DNA of 64,000 bases from a virus, in IMG/VR virus record IMGVR_UViG_3300025652_000032, positions 64,030-128,029 of that record; one strand, 5' to 3'. Both the position numbers and the translations under genes were made by a program. Position 1 is the first letter of the stretch; each line of letters opens with the position of its first letter. This document shows, one piece after another, positions 1 to 12,900 of this stretch. Under the pieces are notes generated by a model. That model worked only from the letters and a program-made list of their open reading frames with translations. It was not told the origin of the DNA and ran no database searches.

Positions 1-114
1 ATCTGACTCGGGAGTAATGAAGGATTTTACTGGTTCCTTCTCTACTAGATCCGACTCAGATGAGTTGGTGTCTATCTTTCCACTTCGGGATATATTAAAC
101 CCAAATACTTCCAT
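1..114 (-). CDS. gp20: Portal vertex protein, N-terminal fragment (runs off the window start)
   Basis: Hand translation from ATG at 114: MEVFGFNISRSGKIDTNSSESDLVEKEPVKSFITPESD. Resembles T4-like gp20 N-termini (ME.FGF.I ... KSF.P) and follows gp19 as in the canonical order. Not in the ORF track. Confidence 0.75.
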   Translation of the reverse strand, partial: MEVFGFNISRSGKIDTNSSESDLVEKEPVKSFITPESD

Positions 115-138
115 TATGTAATATCCTTACTTGAATTA

Positions 139-705
139 TCAGGCAGTGAGTTCGCCAGCGTTGCCATCGGTTGTTTCCCTTGTAGTCCAATACTGATAAG
201 TAAGTGTGACTGGGAATTCGCCGATACCTGTCGTTGGATCGTTGTTTAGATCAACCGTTCCAATTTCAGATGGCCAGCAACCAACAAAGTTATAACCCTT
301 GCGTCGAATACCCTGTCTGTCTAACGAATAGACTTGCCAGTTCTGGTAGATTCCTGCACCACCGATTGGTTGTACAGTGAATGCACTAGAGTTATCAACA
401 TGCTGATTGATGAGACTAGACCATCTCTCGAACGAATCTCGAAGAACGAAGTCTTGATCTAAAAGAACACTGATTGACCAATCAGCGAACGATCTATCGC
501 CTGGAATCTTTACGTTTCTACCACGGAATGGTACTTCCACGACACCCACTGAGGATGCTGGAAGTTGTGCTGTTCTAACTAAGAAGTTGAGTTGTTCTAA
601 TTCACCGTCTACTGGACCTACATTACCAACAACTTCAAAGAGGTTTGTACGAACACCACCACCCGCAAATTTTTGGATGAAGTTTTCGATGTTCTGAAAT
701 GCCAT
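139..705 (-). CDS. gp19: Tail tube protein
   Basis: 188 aa with GGGVRTNLFEV, AQLPAS, VPFRGRNVKIPGDRSFADW, VYSLDRQG and F.VTLTYQYW motifs; follows the sheath gene. Confidence 0.93.
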   Translation of the reverse strand: MAFQNIENFIQKFAGGGVRTNLFEVVGNVGPVDGELEQLNFLVRTAQLPASSVGVVEVPFRGRNVKIPGDRSFADWSISVLLDQDFVLRDSFERWSSLINQHVDNSSAFTVQPIGGAGIYQNWQVYSLDRQGIRRKGYNFVGCWPSEIGTVDLNNDPTTGIGEFPVTLTYQYWTTRETTDGNAGELTA

Positions 706-736
706 TTATTGTTTCTCCTGAAAGTGTTTTTATTAC

Positions 737-746
737 TTTATATGTA
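737..746 (-). promoter_or_regulatory. Probable late promoter variant (CTACATATAAA) upstream of gp19
   Basis: Minus strand TACATATAAA, followed by SD-like CAGGAG before the gp19 ATG. The same 10-mer lies upstream of gp13. Confidence 0.5.
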
Positions 747-749
747 GTA

Positions 750-767
750 GGGCCCCCGAAGGGGCCC
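750..767 (-). terminator. cUUCGg tetraloop hairpin between gp18 and gp19 (terminator or stabilising hairpin)
   Basis: Minus strand GGGCCCC-TTCG-GGGGCCC, a perfect 7-bp stem. No strong U-tract follows. Confidence 0.6.
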
Positions 768-780
768 ATTCTACTTTTTA

Positions 781-2805
781 TTATCCTAGACCAACTTCGT
801 CGAAATCGATACCAGATCGAGTTGCAATGAAGTTCAACTGAATGTAGTTGATCGATCTTGCTGGTTTAACGAAGATGTCTGCAACAAATTCATTTCTATC
901 AATCACTTCGCCAGTGTTGTTTGTTTCGTCACATACAACTCTGAAGTCAGTGATACCTCTTCTACCTTGAACTGTTCTGAGGAACGGAACAACCAAGTTT
1001 CTGAACTGCGCCCTTGTGAACTCATCGTTGAGTTCGAAGAGTTGGAACTTAGATGCAGAAGCGATTGCTTTCTCAAGAACAATGAACAATCTACGAACAT
1101 TGATTCTATCGAAGGCACTTGCCTTAGTCTGCATTGTCTTATCACCAAACAGGACTGTTCCCTGTCCGGGGAATGACACAACTGGGTTGATGTTATTCTT
1201 ATACAGTTCATCTCTGTGTGTCTTCGATGGGTTGAACCCGAGTCGGACTACACCACGGAGTTGTCCACGGTTAAATCCTGCTGGAGAGAACCATGCATCT
1301 GCAATCTCTTCTGTTCGTGCTGCAAGTCCGGCAATATCACCGTTTAGCGGAACGTGTCGAAGAACATCGTTGTAACGGTCAAGCATGACTTTCACGTTAC
1401 CATCAATTACTGCATAAGAACTGTCCTTGTTGAGAGTGTCTCTCTTGTAGTCAACAACTGATTTAGTTGCTTCCTCGGCAGTCTTGTTCTTAAGATCTGC
1501 AACCGGGGGTGAGATGAATGCAACACAGTCCTTTCTCTTATCACAGAGATCGACGAGAAGTCCGTCTTTGACTGCATTACCAGGTCCACCAAGAATGAGA
1601 GAAACATCAACTGTTTCTGGATCCTCGAACTGATCGTAACCATCGGTGTATAGTGCAGCAGCAGAAACACCTGATACCTGTCCTGCACCACCTGAAAGTG
1701 CCTTGTAGAACATATTGTCGAAACCTGTTCTAGCATCACCATTGGAGAGGAGAGCGAAATCTGTAGTTAATCCTCCAGCACTATCAATACCAGTGAAGTC
1801 TGCTTTTCCGTAAACGTAGTCTGATCTATCGTTGACAGCGTTCTTCCAGAAAATTGAGTTTCCGTCTCCGTCCTTAGCATCTCTTGCCTTAGAAACACCT
1901 TCGAACTTCTCAAGGATTGCGCCCTTGACTCCAGTAAACAAACCATCTTCATCGACGATTGCGATGTTTAGTTCGTCACCAGATCCACCACGGAAATCTA
2001 CATTAGTAGATGTGGTTGGTGTATTAACAAAGTCCTTTGCATACTTGTTGAAGATCTTGAGCGATGTACCACTCGAAGTTGCTTGTGTAATTGCTGCATT
2101 AAGTGGTGGGAAAATTTCAATGTGTGAAAGTTCACTAACACCACCTACGGCGGCACCAGATCCTAACGTAGATCCAGTAGAACCGTATCGAACAGTAAAC
2201 TCTTCTGCATCAGCAGCACCACTCACACCAACAACGGTGTGTTCTCTTCTGTCATTAAACTTTAAGATGTCGCCCTTGTGTAGTTTAATATCACCACAGA
2301 CACCTGTTACCGCCGCACCACTTGCTTTGAGTACCACAAAGTTTGAGTTGAGTCCAGCAGTCAGTCCGTGAAGACCGTTCGTAGAACCATCTCCATCAAA
2401 AACGTGGACTGCAATCGAGTTACCTCGTATACCGGGATACTTAGCAATGAATTGTGCGCCGGCCTGACCTCCGCCAGCATCAAACTCTCTGCGGTTTGCA
2501 ACCTGCACTTGTGAACTTGACTCGGTATCTGCGTTCAACCATGTGCTATCAACTGCTCGAACGATCTGAAGGTTATTTCCATAACCTAAAAAGTTGGCAG
2601 CAGTGAACCAATATTCGTAGTTATCCTCATCTGGATCACCGAAGATCCGACGAAGAGTGTTCTCGCTATCAATTAAAATTCTTGTTTTGGCAGGGCCCCA
2701 TGCGAATGGAGCAGCGAATCCAGCAGCGGTTGTTGAAACTGCTGGTACGATCTGCGAAAGATCTTTTTCTGTGACGTTAACGCCTGGACTTACTTGGAAT
2801 CCCAT
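781..2805 (-). CDS. gp18: Contractile tail sheath protein
   Basis: 674 aa; MGFQVSPGVNVTEKDL, F.WGP, FLGYGNNL.IVR, WFSPAGFNRGQL, LFGDKT, FDRINVRRLF and IKPARSINYI.LNF motifs. Confidence 0.96.
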   Translation of the reverse strand: MGFQVSPGVNVTEKDLSQIVPAVSTTAAGFAAPFAWGPAKTRILIDSENTLRRIFGDPDEDNYEYWFTAANFLGYGNNLQIVRAVDSTWLNADTESSSQVQVANRREFDAGGGQAGAQFIAKYPGIRGNSIAVHVFDGDGSTNGLHGLTAGLNSNFVVLKASGAAVTGVCGDIKLHKGDILKFNDRREHTVVGVSGAADAEEFTVRYGSTGSTLGSGAAVGGVSELSHIEIFPPLNAAITQATSSGTSLKIFNKYAKDFVNTPTTSTNVDFRGGSGDELNIAIVDEDGLFTGVKGAILEKFEGVSKARDAKDGDGNSIFWKNAVNDRSDYVYGKADFTGIDSAGGLTTDFALLSNGDARTGFDNMFYKALSGGAGQVSGVSAAALYTDGYDQFEDPETVDVSLILGGPGNAVKDGLLVDLCDKRKDCVAFISPPVADLKNKTAEEATKSVVDYKRDTLNKDSSYAVIDGNVKVMLDRYNDVLRHVPLNGDIAGLAARTEEIADAWFSPAGFNRGQLRGVVRLGFNPSKTHRDELYKNNINPVVSFPGQGTVLFGDKTMQTKASAFDRINVRRLFIVLEKAIASASKFQLFELNDEFTRAQFRNLVVPFLRTVQGRRGITDFRVVCDETNNTGEVIDRNEFVADIFVKPARSINYIQLNFIATRSGIDFDEVGLG

Positions 2806-2844
2806 TGTTTATTCTCCTTTAACGGCTGTTATGCTTAACGATAA

Positions 2845-2852
2845 TATTTATG
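2845..2852 (-). promoter_or_regulatory. T4-type late promoter variant (CATAAATA) upstream of gp18
   Basis: In the 100-nt gp17-gp18 gap, followed by AAAGGAG SD before the gp18 ATG. Confidence 0.55.
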
Positions 2853-2906
2853 AAAATACTATTTTCGCACCATCACAAAATTACTTCTATACCTCTTATG
2901 TAGGGA

Positions 2907-4974
<2,068 letters not shown>

Positions 4975-4989
4975 GATTAATTACTCCAT

Positions 4990-5838
4990 TCAATATGTAT
5001 TACCTTGCGAGTCGATCGGTGGTCCAGCAGTCGATCCGGTTGCACCGAAGACATAGATGTTGGTTTCTGCTGTATACCCAGTGACAGTACCTGTTGCACC
5101 AGAAAGTCCGACATCAACGCGGGACAACGCACCTGTCGCGCCCTGAGAGGTTGCCCCAGTGGGTCCGTAAATCCAATCGTTTAGTCCATCGTTGAAGAAT
5201 ACAGTCTTTGTTTGTCGGATAACCGAAGAGTTCTTCGTTGGACCAAAGCAGAAAGATTTTGCTGTGAAGTCGAAGTTTATCTGGATGTTTCTTCTCGAAT
5301 CAAAATCACCCTCGTAGTCCTCGACAATAGACACATTATTGAGAATAATAGGAACATCTAATTTGTCATATAAATCTGTGAAGTTGATTGAGACTGTAAA
5401 CTCTGGAGTAAAGTAAGGCAGAATCTGTTCCATGATCTGCAAACCATCATCCATGTTTCGTGTAAACGCAGAGACAGCAAAGTTAAAGTTATATGGAACT
5501 TCCGCAAACGCATAATCGAGAGTAGATCCGGCACCAGTTTGAGTTGACTGTCTGCTCTTCGATAATGTGTTTCTTTTCCGTGTTGGATCATATGATACAT
5601 CAGTGATCTCAAATCCAATTCTTGGTAAAGTGATTTCCGCCTTAGCAGAATCGCTCAAAGAATTGAAGTTGTTTAGTCGTGTGAGAAATTTTTCCTTTGG
5701 TCCGTATGATAAAGGAACCCGGATACGTTCTACTTCTGCACCTGAAGAATCACTCCGTGCAATAACAATGTCATTGAATAACGATCCGAACGCCACTACG
5801 GTTTTTCTTACGGAACTATTATAGAAATGTGTAAACAT
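4990..5838 (-). CDS. gp15: Tail sheath stabiliser/tail completion protein with GxTG-rich C-terminal extension
   Basis: 282 aa; FGSLFNDI, VPLSYGPKEKFL, LPRIGFEI, VPYNFNF and EQILPYFTP motifs. Confidence 0.92.
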   Translation of the reverse strand: MFTHFYNSSVRKTVVAFGSLFNDIVIARSDSSGAEVERIRVPLSYGPKEKFLTRLNNFNSLSDSAKAEITLPRIGFEITDVSYDPTRKRNTLSKSRQSTQTGAGSTLDYAFAEVPYNFNFAVSAFTRNMDDGLQIMEQILPYFTPEFTVSINFTDLYDKLDVPIILNNVSIVEDYEGDFDSRRNIQINFDFTAKSFCFGPTKNSSVIRQTKTVFFNDGLNDWIYGPTGATSQGATGALSRVDVGLSGATGTVTGYTAETNIYVFGATGSTAGPPIDSQGNTY

Positions 5839-6731
5839 TAATAGTTACCCTCCGAGAACGGATCATTCTCTGTGAAGTCAAAGATAGAATCCTTATCTAA
5901 TTCAAATTCTATCGACTCATTATCTCCGTCACTACCACCAGTAACACCTTGTGGAATCACTGTTGTCGTGGTTTCCTGTGAGTTCATTGTATAATTGGTT
6001 CCAGTTGTTCTTCCGATGACATTCTGTGAGTTGGAGAATGTTCCCGAGATACCCACAATAGAAAGCAACTTCGTGGATAGTGTCCAGTCCGTAACCTTGG
6101 CAAGTGCCGTCTCTGATCCAACAGAACCCTGATAAACTTCTTCTCCGATACGATAGTCTTGTCCTGCGTTAAGAGTACCCATTGTGAGTTCAATCTCAAA
6201 GTCCTGTCTATCATCTTCGAGGGCATCAATATCTGAATATCCAGTATCGATTTCTTCGTGACTGTAGACGAACAGTTCGCATGAGACTTTATATGTGTGG
6301 AGTTTACCTAACTGATAGAATGGATTTTCGTGTTCAACAAACTTAATTTCAAACAAACCCTTCGAGAGTGGGAAGTAAATTAAATCACCTTCTCGGGGTT
6401 TCTGAATTGGTGCCTCGTTTACTGTGACGACTTGTTCAAATCGTTTCTTGGCAAAGACAAGACTTACACTGTCTCGTATTTCAAGTCCAAACTTAGAAAC
6501 AAAGTCGCCGTCTCCTTCAAATCCATCTGCACTTTCAATATACATTTCGAGCGAGTACCCATCGTCAAACTTTGACTGGGTGTCTTCACCGAATAGTTTA
6601 TCTTCGTTCATCAGAGTTCGGGGTATATACACCATATCCTCACCGTGCATTTTGATTGCCTCCACGGTGAGATCTTCAATGAGTCTCTGCTCACTCCCGA
6701 TGTTTCGTCTGAAATAAGAATTCTTTGCCAT
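5838..6731 (-). CDS. gp14: Neck protein
   Basis: 297 aa; EAIKMHGEDMVYIPR, GFEGDGDFVSKFGLEIRD, PREGDLIYFP and FEIKFVEHENPFYQLGK motifs. Confidence 0.93.
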   Translation of the reverse strand: MAKNSYFRRNIGSEQRLIEDLTVEAIKMHGEDMVYIPRTLMNEDKLFGEDTQSKFDDGYSLEMYIESADGFEGDGDFVSKFGLEIRDSVSLVFAKKRFEQVVTVNEAPIQKPREGDLIYFPLSKGLFEIKFVEHENPFYQLGKLHTYKVSCELFVYSHEEIDTGYSDIDALEDDRQDFEIELTMGTLNAGQDYRIGEEVYQGSVGSETALAKVTDWTLSTKLLSIVGISGTFSNSQNVIGRTTGTNYTMNSQETTTTVIPQGVTGGSDGDNESIEFELDKDSIFDFTENDPFSEGNY

Positions 6732-6732
6732 T

Positions 6733-7485
6733 TTATCCTACCATAAAATCTGGTGGTAACTCGTACTTGAGTTGAACTTCTTCTTCTATCTTTGTAATTT
6801 CTTCTTGTCCCTGAGAGTATAACTCTGCACCATTATATGAAAGACCACCGGGAAGTGTGATGTTCTGGAACTTGGATAAGTTCATTCCCCACTGTCTTTT
6901 GATTAGTGATGTGACATACTCTTTCAGAAGTCTATCATTATAGATTTCTGTGTATGTGTTTGGATCTAGAATGGAGTATGCTTCGATTACGACAAAATCA
7001 CCAACAGAAAAATTCTCAGACCAGTCAGTATCGATCAGTAGTTTATTTGTAACTCTGGAGAATCGAACTGCCTTTTCTGGATCTAACATCTGCTGAATAA
7101 GTGCCAGGTGTCTCTTTGTAATATCATACTGTGCCAGATTTCCCATACCAGTACGCACTCCATAGAAATCGTTGAGTGCCATTTGATATCGAACATCAAA
7201 CATGTTTACGCTGTTGTTTCCCTGTTCGAATATTCTTGTTACACTGATAACAGAGGAATCGACTTGATTCATATCAATATATTCGTTTGTCATATCGTCT
7301 GATGTTAACTGATGCTTATAAAATTGTTTCTGCACACCATCAAAATGGTATTCTGCAAAGAATTGAAGTGCATCGTCAAGTCTATCTTCTACCTGTGCGT
7401 CATCAACATTGATCTCGATCACAGGATCCCCGAGTCTCCTCAGAGCATAGTCCTTCAGTTGTTGTCTCGTTGCTGGTTGTGCCAT
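6733..7485 (-). CDS. gp13: Neck protein
   Basis: 250 aa; LKDYALRRLGDPVIEINV, LKEYVTSLIKRQWGMNLSKF and LPGG..YNG motifs. Confidence 0.93.
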   Translation of the reverse strand: MAQPATRQQLKDYALRRLGDPVIEINVDDAQVEDRLDDALQFFAEYHFDGVQKQFYKHQLTSDDMTNEYIDMNQVDSSVISVTRIFEQGNNSVNMFDVRYQMALNDFYGVRTGMGNLAQYDITKRHLALIQQMLDPEKAVRFSRVTNKLLIDTDWSENFSVGDFVVIEAYSILDPNTYTEIYNDRLLKEYVTSLIKRQWGMNLSKFQNITLPGGLSYNGAELYSQGQEEITKIEEEVQLKYELPPDFMVG

Positions 7486-7504
7486 CTAAAATGCTCCTCT
7501 TCTT

Positions 7505-7514
7505 TTTATATGTA
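7505..7514 (-). promoter_or_regulatory. Probable late promoter variant (ATACATATAAA) upstream of gp13
   Basis: Same TACATATAAA 10-mer as upstream of gp19, followed by GAGGAG SD. Confidence 0.5.
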
Positions 7515-7583
7515 TGATTTCTAGTGCATTTTCTAATGGCAGTTCCTTCACCGCCTCTTGGTTTTCTAAACTTTTTTGAACAT

Positions 7584-7904
7584 CTATTTTTGTTTACCAA
7601 GGAAATTTCGTACCTTTCTGATCCTTTCTGACTCGATCCGGGCCTCGTCGTCATAGATCTTTTTGTAATTTTTAAACTCGTTCAATCTCGAAATAAAACG
7701 ATCCCCATCTTCCCAAGGAATAGGAAGGGGGATTATTGTAGAACCATTACTTTGGTAATGCTCTTGGTTCTGAATATAGACTCTGGTTCTTTGATCTTTT
7801 GGTGGATCATAGTCCGGTTCTAGTTTTTTAAAAAGTTGAAAATCTATCGATTCGTTGTTTATTATAATTCTATCTTCATCTACATTATGAATAAATCTGT
7901 TCAT
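7584..7904 (-). CDS. Hypothetical protein (possible fibre-associated small protein)
   Basis: 106-aa ORF closely packed in the fibre operon; no recognised motif. Confidence 0.6.
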   Translation of the reverse strand: MNRFIHNVDEDRIIINNESIDFQLFKKLEPDYDPPKDQRTRVYIQNQEHYQSNGSTIIPLPIPWEDGDRFISRLNEFKNYKKIYDDEARIESERIRKVRNFLGKQK

Positions 7905-7915
7905 CTATTTTTCCG

Positions 7916-9982
7916 TCATTTTGTACTAAATCCATAACCACTACCAGTAGAAGTTGCAGGTATAAGTGATACATATGTGCCTTTACTCAGGACTAGTTCT
8001 GTTCCGTTTGCAAGGGTAGTTACTCTTGCATCAAGAATTGTTTTGCCGTCTGTAAGTGCTGTTATGATATTAATTTTGTCTACTCCTGACTTCTCTTCTG
8101 ATTCGTTCCGTCTTTTATATTCTGTAAGATCTCCCCAGAGACGGATGACTTCTGTTCCTGTAAACTTAACGGGATCACCTTCTGCATTTTCGATAGAGTA
8201 TGAACCACAAGATCCACTCGAAGTTCCTGCATTAATCGAAGTAACCAATTCACCCAATGGGCCCATTGCTTCTGGTCTAGGAACAAACGAGAATGAACCA
8301 CCACCTGTTGATCCCGTGTGTGTTTCACCGGCGGGACCAAAGTATCCTGTCGTGCCACTAAATCCACCACAAGAACCATCCCCAAAGAATAATGTACAAA
8401 ACCCATTATCCGAAGATCCGGTAGGACCTGGGTTGTGTGTCTGTCCATAAATTCTTGCGTATGTAAGATCTTCTGTATCAGACTCTAGTGTATTTCTAAT
8501 GATACCTTGGTATGTGCTGATATCCACTATGTCAAGACCACCACTTCCTCCAGCACCAGAGTTTCCTCCTGTTGATTGTACTGCATAGTGAGCAGCACAT
8601 GACATTCCCGTAATGAATCCACCGCCGATAGTTGGATAATCATAACCACCAGTTCCGGTTGTGTTTCTCAAGAACAATCTCTTCTTGGTAGTATTCCAGA
8701 TAGTAACGATACCTTCATAGAACTCTCTATTGTTCAAATGTGGATTATTACCAGACTGAACATCAAACAATGAACACCCAGATGTTCCTCTTGATGGAAT
8801 GTAATATGCATATCCTGGTCGCCAAATTTCGTCACCAAGGCCTGTTGTCGCTCCCGTAAGAGCAGTACCCTTTTGGTATGTCGTATTGAGAATCGCAGCA
8901 CTTGCTCCAGCAGTTAATACTGTTCCGGATGTACAACCAATCACAAATTCATCTATAAATCCACCCCAGTTGTCACGATGATCGTCTGATCCGTTTGGAT
9001 CGAACTTACCACCAAACACAAACGGGTGTGGGTTTAACTTGATACCACCACCGTTTGTTGATTGGTTTACAGTTCGCACTCCGTTGACGTATGCTGTGAC
9101 GGTTGATCCTGCGGCAGAGTTTCTGTACGCTACTGCAATATGATGCCACTTTTGAAATGGAATGTTCGCACCACTTGTTGGTCCTGTTGCATTGTTTGTC
9201 ACTGTGGTGATTGTTACATTATTCACCAATCCGGTGACTGATGTATCAGCAGCATCAGACCAATGGAATTTAACGGATGATCCTTCTTGATTGAGCAAGA
9301 AACAGTCACCACTACCACCAGTAAAACCTCCAGTTGGTCCTGTTGTTCCGCTTTCTGGTCCAGTGTATCCCTGAGTGGCCGAGGTATCAAGTTTTGCCAA
9401 GATCGTACCATTAGGTAAACTCGGGGATTGGAACCAAACCCACCCACTAAGTAACCAGTTGTCTAGGGTTGATCCGTTATGACCACCTCTGGATGGAAGG
9501 ACTATTTGTCCACCGTTTCCGGAAAAGTAAATACTTTCTTTTGCACAACTAAGTGTAACACCATTCCATTTGCCCTGCGATCCAGAAGATGGTTGACCAT
9601 ACTCCGGTTTGAATGTTCTTGGCGGAAATTCGAGGACTCTCGATCTGGTGTGGGCCCGAATCTTGTCAAGTTCTACTCGTTCGTCGTGAGAAAATTCACC
9701 ACACCCAACTATTGCATTGTAATACCAACCATCGTCACCACAACCACCAGAGGAAGCAGATCGCTGTGCTGGAATTTTAACTGTTCCTCTGGGATCGAAT
9801 CCTTGAACTTCCTCGTTGTTTGTGTTTAGTTTGTCGAACAACTCCTTATCCATAGTGAAAATCTCATACGCTCCTTTGGAACGATAGCGTGATGAATTAT
9901 CATTTTCTTTTAATATGTCTACGATTCTACCATCTGTAGAATCGATGACTATTTGGATTTTGGTGTTGTTGGTTATCGACAT
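7916..9982 (-). CDS. Virion protein with LamG/concanavalin A-like lectin domain
   Basis: 688 aa; WLLSGWVWF, KWHHIAVAY, TAYVNG, PFVFGG and WGGFIDEFVI match the LamG-like pattern; Gly/Thr-rich. Confidence 0.7.
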   Translation of the reverse strand: MSITNNTKIQIVIDSTDGRIVDILKENDNSSRYRSKGAYEIFTMDKELFDKLNTNNEEVQGFDPRGTVKIPAQRSASSGGCGDDGWYYNAIVGCGEFSHDERVELDKIRAHTRSRVLEFPPRTFKPEYGQPSSGSQGKWNGVTLSCAKESIYFSGNGGQIVLPSRGGHNGSTLDNWLLSGWVWFQSPSLPNGTILAKLDTSATQGYTGPESGTTGPTGGFTGGSGDCFLLNQEGSSVKFHWSDAADTSVTGLVNNVTITTVTNNATGPTSGANIPFQKWHHIAVAYRNSAAGSTVTAYVNGVRTVNQSTNGGGIKLNPHPFVFGGKFDPNGSDDHRDNWGGFIDEFVIGCTSGTVLTAGASAAILNTTYQKGTALTGATTGLGDEIWRPGYAYYIPSRGTSGCSLFDVQSGNNPHLNNREFYEGIVTIWNTTKKRLFLRNTTGTGGYDYPTIGGGFITGMSCAAHYAVQSTGGNSGAGGSGGLDIVDISTYQGIIRNTLESDTEDLTYARIYGQTHNPGPTGSSDNGFCTLFFGDGSCGGFSGTTGYFGPAGETHTGSTGGGSFSFVPRPEAMGPLGELVTSINAGTSSGSCGSYSIENAEGDPVKFTGTEVIRLWGDLTEYKRRNESEEKSGVDKINIITALTDGKTILDARVTTLANGTELVLSKGTYVSLIPATSTGSGYGFSTK

Positions 9983-9996
9983 GTATTACCCTTAGT

Positions 9997-12900
9997 TTAT
10001 GATGCGCCGCTTGTTGTTGGTGGTTCTATATGAGACGTTGAATCGACTGCCCAATCATCAGCATTATTGGGTGTGACATTACCAACTTCTAACTCAATGA
10101 TTCCTGTCTTATTTATGAATGAACCCAAGTTAGATTGTCCATGTGCGGTTGACATTCCGGCATAAATTTGGTTTGCTGTTGTGATGGTTGCAACCGTTGT
10201 GCCTGATGAGATTGTTCTTGAGATTGCAGAGGTCGCTTTTTCACAGTTAATGATAGAATCATTTCGTGCGATAAAGTTATACTCGGCATTGTCTGTTGCA
10301 TACGCCATCTGTGCTTGGATATTTGAGTTTTGTCTAGCAGTGTATCCGCCTCGGGTTCTCTGTGCAGAGGAATTCCTAGCATTGATACTACTGTTCTCTC
10401 TCGAAAGGAAACCTGGTCCTGCACATCCCCTAACAAACGATAGGTTGGCATCGATTAATGAGTTTTCCATTGCAACGAAACCGCCATTTCTCAGAAGAGA
10501 AACATAACATCTTGGAGCATCGATTGATGAGTTGTTATGTGATAAGAAACCAATTCCCATAGGATGATCGACTAGTCTATACGTTGTCTCATCTGGTGGT
10601 TCTACGTTATTACATGGTCTTGTACAAGTGAATTCATTATCTGTACCGGGAGGACAGATACATTCTCCATCTGGACAGTTAGTACATTCTTGGAACAGAC
10701 CTGGGATTCCTTCACACGGCGTTCCAAATCCCGAACATGTATTCTCATCATTCTTACAGAAACACGGTTTACCATCTGTATCAGTTGCATCACAACAACA
10801 TCCACTACCTTGACAGTCGATGGCCTGTGTACAATCTACACCACAACATGTTCCATCCTCTCCTGTACATTCGCAACCATCTGGATCTGCACAGCATGGG
10901 TCGCCTGGATTACAAGTACAGAAACAATCGTCTGGATTACCACACTGAACACACCACGAACAGAAATCGCCATCGCCTGGATCCGGCGCACATCCTGATT
11001 GACATGGTTCGTCGTCGCATGGATCGTCTACTGGTGGATCGCCGTCGCCGGGATTGTCGGGCGGATCAACATCATCCTCATCATCATCACAGTCACCTCC
11101 ATCACACCCGTTCGCAGGATCACATGCATAATCCGAACAGTTGCTACAACAGAAGTTTTCACATATACCACCACTGCTTGCACAACCATTTTCACAATCT
11201 GTGCAGTTTACGCAATTTGTACAAAAAAGATCTCCAGGTCCAAAGAATCCTCCATCACCCGTTGAAATGAAGTCGAATGGATCACCAAAGAATCCCGGAG
11301 GGTAACATACTCCACCTGCTAGATCCTCGTCAGCAGAATTACACTCACCATCTGGTTCATATGTACTGGCAAGACTATTTTCTGGTAAGACACCCTGTCC
11401 AACCCCGTAAAGAAATCCACCCGAAGATATAATTCTATTGGGTGAAGATTCGTTTGTTGATACATCTCTGAAACCTAAACCAACTACTGGCCAGATTGAT
11501 TGGAGATAAATTTGATTTCCTGTGTTTAATGGGTAGTAATTATACAGATCAAAAACAGGATCTATCATCCTGTTATATGGATCTTTGAATGAGTTCCAAA
11601 CACACTTTGTCGTTACTGATACACCATCATCTAGGTTAATCGACAGGTAATCTCCTGACATCAATTCAGAAGCATCAGAACCGACGTTATCAAGATCAAT
11701 TGTTAGTGGACTATATCCACCAGATCCGACTGTAGTGTTTGTAGTTCTAATTATAGAATTGTTATTCGCAACAATCCCCACAACATCACACCCAGTTATT
11801 GTGCCATTTTTACACGATACTGTAGAGTTGTTTTCTGCTACCACTCCGAATGAACAATCCGAAATTGCAAGTCCGTCCAGATTAATAGTTGAGTTTGTAT
11901 GTGCTGCTACACCGGCATACCAACCAGATATTCCTATGTTATCACAGACTCCATTTCCTATTGATGAATTTTTAAATGCAAGAATTGCTTCACCATTAGA
12001 TGCCGCAGGATCCATCTCATTGAAGTGCTTGAACCTAACATCTCCTTGAAAAACAAGATTGCTAATTCCATGAAGACTACTATTTGGTTTAAGAACCAAT
12101 CCCTTAGTAGCGTGTCTTCTTCCGTGTGCATCAGATCTTTTAAATCTGAAAATACTCTTCATAACTTTAGCAGAAATTGCATGATCAGAAACTACAGTTC
12201 CTATGGAAGTATCGATTCCTGTGGTTGCCAGTGTTCCATATTTTCCGGTAGGATCGCCAGTCTCTGAATTATTAAAAGATTTATATCCACCAACATAGAT
12301 GTCATCGTTTACGGAAATATCACCGCTGTTTGTGATTTGAGACTTTGCTACTTTGTGTAGGAAATTTTTTCCACGCGATCTAAATGTTACTGTATTATCT
12401 GTTGTGTTTACTGCGATAATCTCATAACATCCAAGAACATTTGTTCTAGCATCACCGGGATTTGGTCCAGTGAGTCCTTCCGAACCTAATGAACCATCTT
12501 TACCTGTAGGATAATACCTTTGCGATCCACTCGTCTGATCTCGGAAGAGGATATAATCGCCAACCTCAACACCAGCAGTGGTAGGCAAAATGGGAGACGT
12601 TGGGGGAGAAGACAGATTTTCTGTGCTTGCTAGTTTTACGGTGATCCTGTTGTCTACAAGAGAACCAACACCATATCCGTTACCTTCGATGTTTTCTTGT
12701 GCATCGTACTTGTATGAAGTTACTTCTTGTAGTTTGAAACTGACACCGGAAGAACCTTTAATAGAAATCTTTTTCTTGGTTTGATTATCAATAATTATGG
12801 GATACTCATAGTTATAAGTTCCCGAGGCACATTCAATTATTGCGTTTCCTGTTTCGGTAAAGAATAATCTCTTTAGATCTTCGAGGGCCCTACTTGGGTG

